Shown here: positions 18,512 to 25,116 of the stretch, one piece after another
Layout: the number at the start of each line of letters is the position of its first letter
Numbering within the stretch: the stretch's first letter is position 1
Assembly (NCBI GenBank): GCA_054661495.1
Contig: BAAFSQ010000140.1
Span: forward strand, 1 to 25,116
DNA from: Zygophlyctis sp. KS116
Lineage: Eukaryota > Fungi > Chytridiomycota
Length of the DNA: 25,116 nucleotides
Reading direction: 5' to 3'
Position numbers and translations under genes: made by a program
Notes under the pieces: generated by a model
The model's input: only the letters and a program-made list of their open reading frames with translations
Databases searched by the model: none
Told to the model about the DNA's origin: nothing

Positions 18512-20998
18512 TTATAATTTTAATATGCAATTGGTTTGAGAAGAGGTTGAATTACTAGTTAAAATTATTGTTTTTCCTGTAAATAATGTTTTTGCTAAAT
18601 TAATAATTTCAAGAGACATTGAATTAGAGTCTAATAATACAATTTTTGCTTCTCCAAGTAGAATCATAAGTATCGATAGGCGGTGTTTGTGTTTAGGTTC
18701 CAGTCTAGGTTTAGATGTAGTTCAACTTACTCTATTCCGCCTTGTCCGATAATTGTATTGTATCCAAAAGGTAAACTAGAGATATAATCATGTATTTGAG
18801 CCTATAATTAGAAATTTAGAAAATTTACCTTTTTAGAAGCTTCAAAGATTTTTGATTCTAAATAAACTTGAGTTTTAGGTAAAGAAAGGATAATGTTTTC
18901 CTTGATTGAGGCATTAAGAAAAATATGATTTTGAGGTATAATTCCAATGACTGATCTAAGCCATTCAGGATTTGTGATTCTGATATCAATGTTGCCGTCT
19001 AGGAGTATACAGCCTTGAGAAATATCGTAAAAACGAGAACAAAGGTTTAATATAGTAGTTTTTCCTGATCCAGGACCTCCACAAATTACAAATGTTTTAC
19101 CAGAATCAACCTTGAAGCTACAATCTTTGATTATGGGATTTTCTGCTAAAATATCAGATGTTTCATACTACAAGAATAAGAATAATAATAATTACATGAA
19201 AATTGACATTTTGAAATTCAATTCTTCCTTGGAAGTTTTCTATTTTTGCTCCAACATTTAGTGGTATTTTTGGTATACGATCCAAAATTTCAAATATATG
19301 AATACTATCAGCTAAAGACTGACAAAGTGATTTGTATGCACTACTAAATACTCCAAATATCACTACAAGATTTGTAGAATAAAAAAGCTGTGGTTAAAAC
19401 AAATAGAGGAATTACAAAACTTGTAACCATTCCAGTAGTCATTTCCTTACTTAAAACAAAAGAAACTCCAAAGTATAAAACCATGGCTGTTGCAATTTGA
19501 GGGAAAATTCCAGCAGTCCCTGAAAATATTGCTTGGATATTTGCGATACTCTTGCCCACTGTAAATGCTTCTTCTATAAAATCCGTGTATTTCTCATTAA
19601 AGGAATTTTGTTTTTCCTTTCCAAAAGTTTTGATTGTCTTGATCTATTGTAAATTAAAACCAAAATTATTACTCCCATGAAAATATCTGTTGCTACAAAA
19701 TTCGCCATATCTAAATATTCATTAAACTTTATATAAAAGTTGTTAACATAGTTTGTATAAGCCATTGATCCAAATACGACTAATGGTGCGCCTAAAAGTT
19801 TAGAAAAGATAAAATAACTATACAAGAAAATATAATTAGCGATAACTTCCAGCTCAAACTAATCATTAATAACATTGATCCTCCAAATTGGAAAATAAAT
19901 CTACAAAGTGTCGGTATTTCAGATGCAATAGTTTCTTGAAGGCCTTCGACATCTGAGATTAATACATTTTGAAGTTGAGGCAGTTTGGTAGAGTCAAAAA
20001 ATCCCAATTCTTGACAAGTTATGGCCTCCAACAAATCACAACGAAGTCTTCTAGAGAGCCTGTAAGCGCACAAATAAAAAGAGTAAGATCTTTTCTGTTA
20101 CCAATTATTAAAAAAACCTTATATATCCTGTTATCGCAGAGAGAAATGTTACAAACATAAATGAATAAAGTGAAGAATATACTAAATCTGAATCTTGATC
20201 TCTACCAACTGATTTATTCACCAACCCATCAACCAAATTCCCTAAAATATACGGTAAACTTAACTGAGAAATGCAATTTATAAAGAGATTAATCAAACCA
20301 ACGACCAAAATAGGATAATCTGGTTTAATCAATGCGTAATATCGCATAGCTGGTATACCATTGACACTTGAATATACAGCAGAGGAATTTCTTGAGAGTG
20401 GTAATCCATCTCTAATATCATTGTCCAAATCGCAAGCAAAACTCCTTAAAAACAGGAGCATAGACACTAATTGAAAAGCAGTGACTATCAAGACCGTAAA
20501 AGAAATTCCTAGTGCAAATGATCTGGGTATTGGTAGAGCTGAATCATCTCCTATCGTAGAATATATATGTGTTATCTTTCGTGAAACATAAAACGTATTG
20601 ATCCATAACATGGTATATATTGGAATTCTGAATCGGTAGAGCCTCCGAATCCGATAGTTGAAGCGAAACATCAAGAATGATATTACAATTACTAGTGACT
20701 TTATAATCTCCAATAATAGAATATCAAATAAACTCGTCGGTATTGTTGTTGCCTCATACGCAGAGATTGCAATATATTCCTCCCATGAAAACTGAATATG
20801 TTTTCCATCCGATATAATCGCTTTGAATCCCAAGACAAAACCAGCAATCGCAGCGACAGACTCAAGAAGGAAAAACAAAATAATTGGAACTAACAGGAAT
20901 CGAGGACGAAGTCTAACCTCATTGCTGTCTGTTCGACGCATTGATCGTGTTCTAGATGAATCAATCAATGGAGTCTCAATTATTGTACTTGTATCCAT
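18512..20998 (-). CDS. ABCB (TAP/ABCB9/Mdl-like) half transporter with an extra N-terminal membrane domain and degenerate NBD; introns 20090-20117, 19792-19823, 19644-19672, 19388-19415, 19168-19195, 18802-18828, 18705-18730
   Basis: RRLRCDLL..QELGFFD, ISWKLS-like segment, RIEFQNVNFHY, Walker A GGPGSGKTT, RFYD, WLRSVIGIIPQ and LPFGYNTIIG. Start ATG uncertain (20998 or up to 21055). Confidence 0.87.
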
Positions 20999-21047
20999 GA
21001 TTAAAGTAAAATTTATGACATCATTGCGTTCCGATCTCATGATCATG

Positions 21048-24000
21048 CTATCCATACAGAGATAATATCGAATCCTTTCATTAAATTAAATAAAAAACAT
21101 ACTGAATCGGTCGGATTAACCGATAAATATTGTGATCTGAATAATGATTCCTGCGCGATTGCTCTGTAATGCGAGCCCATACTCGTCATATATGCTGACC
21201 AGTTTTCAATAAGATTTGATTTAGGGGACTCAGGCTTATTGGTAAGACCTATTTTAACAGGACTGGTATGAATTGGTATCGGTGGAAATAGACCAGCAGG
21301 TTCCACCATTGCCACAAGTTTTGTGTCCGGAGAAGAAAAGTTTTGCATTAGAGGTTGATTCAAATAAGTCGATGGGATTGATGCGAAAGAATTCTTTTTA
21401 GCAGCATGAATAGTTTTAGATTTCTGGAAATGGTTCAAAGATTTCTCTTTCATCTGATTGTCTTGGATTGTTTTTTTGAGGCGATTAAGAAGATTTACAT
21501 TTATACCTATAGTTAGTGAATAAAGTTTTACAGCTTATTAACTCAGCATCATACTTTTCCAGTTTGGAATTATAGAATTGTAGCTCCAAAAAAAGTTGCT
21601 AGAGTTGAGTGATATATTCTTTCTTACATGTAAAACGTTTTCGTCTTCCTTACTTTTCATAGATCTTTTTAAAATACAGTCGTAAGTGTCAAGAATCTCG
21701 ACAATTTGTGAGACTTCTTTTTGTAAATTTAAAAGTCTGAAGGAATAGCTTCTCTGAATCATAATTGATGAAGGAGAATCTTTTGATTTTTCATTAGTTT
21801 TGCCAATTTTTGGTGTCGATAAACTTGTGAGAGCACCATAATAGTTTTTGTCCGAATCCTGGGATGTCATTGGCGATCGATGTATTCTTTGATAATTACG
21901 ATGGCACCAATTATCGAGATCTGTAAAATATTTCTGGAGCCAAATATCTTCCTCTTCTGATAATTCAACATCTAAAAGTGGGGCCATCTCAAAGCGTATT
22001 ATGGTGTGATTTTCCTTCATTAGAAGTGATATGAGCTTCACACTTCGAATATCCAAATTATTGTATGACACATCAATCTCTCTCACACTTTTCCATTTAT
22101 TAAGACTCTTTGTAAGCATAGTCAAGTCTATAATATGAAAAGATTTAAACGTTTACCTTCCAAATTCAAGTTCGTATTTGCCAAAGAAATCTGTTTTAAA
22201 ACATCATTTTCCTCCATAGCTTCTTTTAAGAGCAAGATCTAGCAGTTAATAAACCATGATTAACATACACCTTCCTTATTCGCTCCAAAAAGGGAATTCC
22301 CAGATAAATCAATCACTTCTAATGATCTGTTAGATTTCTAATTTTTAAAATGTTCAAATACTACCAGTGAAAGAGCCAGAGCAGGAAGACATGATTCTCC
22401 CAGACTTGTATTCCTCAAATTAAGAACTTTGAGCGTTTGACTTCGTGCTATGGCCTGAAACACAGGAAAAGAACCCACCTAATATTGAGATATTTTTAAA
22501 ATTATTACTTTGATACGATTTCCTCTCAAGTCTAGAGAATTCAGTCCCTTGATCTGATCACCAATTATAGGAGTGTTTTTAAGTAACTCTGCTATCAAGG
22601 GACCCGATTCCCAATCCATATGATTATTTTGAATGCTAACATGTATAAGATTGGATTTATGAACAGATGGAGCTAATTTTTAAAATTAGTGAATATACCC
22701 AGCCCACCCAACACTTTACTTGAGATACAGCAATAGTCCATAATCAAATTATGAAGCTTACATTCTTCACTTACTAAAGCCCATGAAAGATAAGAAAGTG
22801 ATTTTTCGGATAGCTTTATCCTTGATAAATTAAATGTCCGGATTTTTTTCGACTAGAAATTTATTCAAGATAAATTCTTACCTTTTTTAGAAATATCGCA
22901 ATGTGCTTAAATTCCTCTTCTCTGATATTTTGATTTGATCCAAATGAAATGTAATTTAGCTGATCTATTTCTCCTAGAATCGCCATTAAAGCTTTGAATA
23001 TCTACGAAATTAACTCTCTTAGTGAATACCTTATTTTCAATGTTGCAGTTTTCCATTACCAATCTAGTGATTTTCCCATTTGATAATAAGACTTCCGCCA
23101 GAGCTTCTAACTGTTTCAAACTAATAATTGTAGTCCCTATTTAATGAGATACTCAAAGACTACTACATACCAGATATATCTATGCAAGTTTTTCTTGAAG
23201 CTAATAGTGGGGTGCGCGGGGGTGATAGCATAGCATGTCTTTCAGTTTTTGAAGGAGTTGGCGTCACATTATTTGACTCGATTGCTTTTGAAATGGTCTG
23301 TTGAAAATCCGAATTTTTGGCTGACTCGATATCTTCATTTAAGGGATTGGTGCTGATAAACGACTGTTCATCCTGAAAGAAGCTATTTTCAGAATATACA
23401 GGAGAGACTGGATGCTGTAAATGAGCGTTAATAGTGATGATCGAGTTTGTAGGAGTTGATGCCATTTTCATATCTTGAAAATCATAGAAATCAAGAATTT
23501 TAGATGCATCCATTTCCAATGACTCTGGAGATAGTGCTTCATTATCTTGAGGCTTGTTCATGTTAGTAGTATAATCCTTTGATTCGTTCGGTTTTTTAAC
23601 GTCACCGGGTAAATTTTCTGAAAGAGGTAAAGCGTCTGAGAATAATCCATTCACTTTGGTTGCTTTAGAAGGAGACGCATGCAAAATAGGCTTATTAAAG
23701 GAAGTTGTCCAATTAAACCTTTTTGGGCTAGTCTTCTTAAATAGTGAAGTTAATGGCAGCTGCTTTTTCGGATGCGGATGTACCACTTCAACTTCTCTTT
23801 TGATTCTTTTTTGAATTGATGTCCCATCTATCGATAGTCTTTTGCCGTATTTTTTCGTCAGGAATGCAAGATTACCCATCTTTACTTGCCGATAGCATTT
23901 TGCAGTCCGAAGATCATCATTTGCATGGATCAGTTTATTATGGAATGTAATCCTTTTAGGAATTTTGGTTGTAACCTTGTTATCTTCAAGAGTCCCTTCT

Positions 24001-24540
24001 ATCCGAATGGTCGCATGAGGCAACAAGAAATTCACTGATTTACTTCCTGATTGTCTCTTTGATGGCGTACTTTTCCTCGCATGAATTTGTTCGACAGGAT
24101 TTTTATAAGAGGATCCAGTTGATGATGAAGGATGTATCAAATGCGGTTTTAGAAGAATATCATCTCCATTGTTTTCCAAAAGTATTCCCTTTGGCCTCTT
24201 AGATACCAGTTTTGGACATTTCTTCTTTGCAATAACAGGAGCATGAACTAGATCTTTAGTCGTAATGATCATTACAAAACGCATTTCTCTTATCAGTTGT
24301 TGGCGTAAGCTGAATAGTTCTTTTGAGTAATTCTTGTTGAAAGTTTATCCTGGTTACATTTGCATTCATACAATCATTATAAGCCTCCTTACATATATCC
24401 ATATCAAATTCCAAAGATAACAGCTTTGAGAACACTTTTTTTAATTCATCAAACGACAATGGCGAATGATCTTGGCTAGCAAAATTATTATTTACAGATT
24501 CAGAAGCATTTAATGATGGTACAACCTGGATATGATTCAT
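21048..24540 (-). CDS. Large RNI-like leucine-rich-repeat protein with a long disordered N-terminus; 12 introns (24248-24275, 23137-23170, 23002-23029, 22853-22881, 22673-22698, 22479-22508, 22338-22364, 22239-22268, 22128-22156, 21599-21627, 21507-21531, 21075-21102)
   Basis: Spliced exons give successive LRRs such as ITRLVMENCNI, LNSLDLRGNRI, LKVLNLRNTSL, SLEVIDLSGN and VREIDVSYNNL. The terminal exon assignments are less certain. Confidence 0.72.
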
Positions 24541-24618
24541 TATCAAAAAATTCAAAACCGATCGGACACTCAATTTTAATGTTTAATATGGCGGAAAGTT
24601 TTACTGCAAAAAGATTTA

Positions 24619-25116
<498 letters not shown>

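Overview
Gene-dense, AT-rich eukaryotic nuclear DNA, not prokaryotic. It is most likely a zoosporic (chytrid-type) fungus, inferred from fungal-type housekeeping proteins, a CXorf65/C22orf15-family gene and a Crinkler-like remnant. The ORF track is fragmented because genes are interrupted by tiny GT-AG introns. I reconstructed 43 by hand, all 24-34 nt. The window holds about 18 protein genes: NPC2/ML, ThrRS, UBLCP1-like phosphatase, coilin, cis-prenyltransferase, MAP2K-like kinase, SUA5, F-box-like/ankyrin, GCP2, STS1/Cut8, PDX3, an FG nucleoporin, CXorf65-like, MED10, SDH4, an ABCB half-transporter, an LRR protein and ubiquitin-AN1. It also holds a U2 snRNA gene and a CRN-like pseudogene fragment. 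Highlights: (1) a first exon missing from the ORF track gives the FG nucleoporin an N-terminal transmembrane anchor, a POM121-like architecture; (2) a tiny-intron splicing regime with an apparent 24-nt floor and frequent AAG acceptors; (3) extreme gene packing with 8-16 nt gaps and an antisense CDS overlap; (4) several enzymes with degenerate catalytic or regulatory motifs. All protein identities come from recalled motifs, not from database searches.
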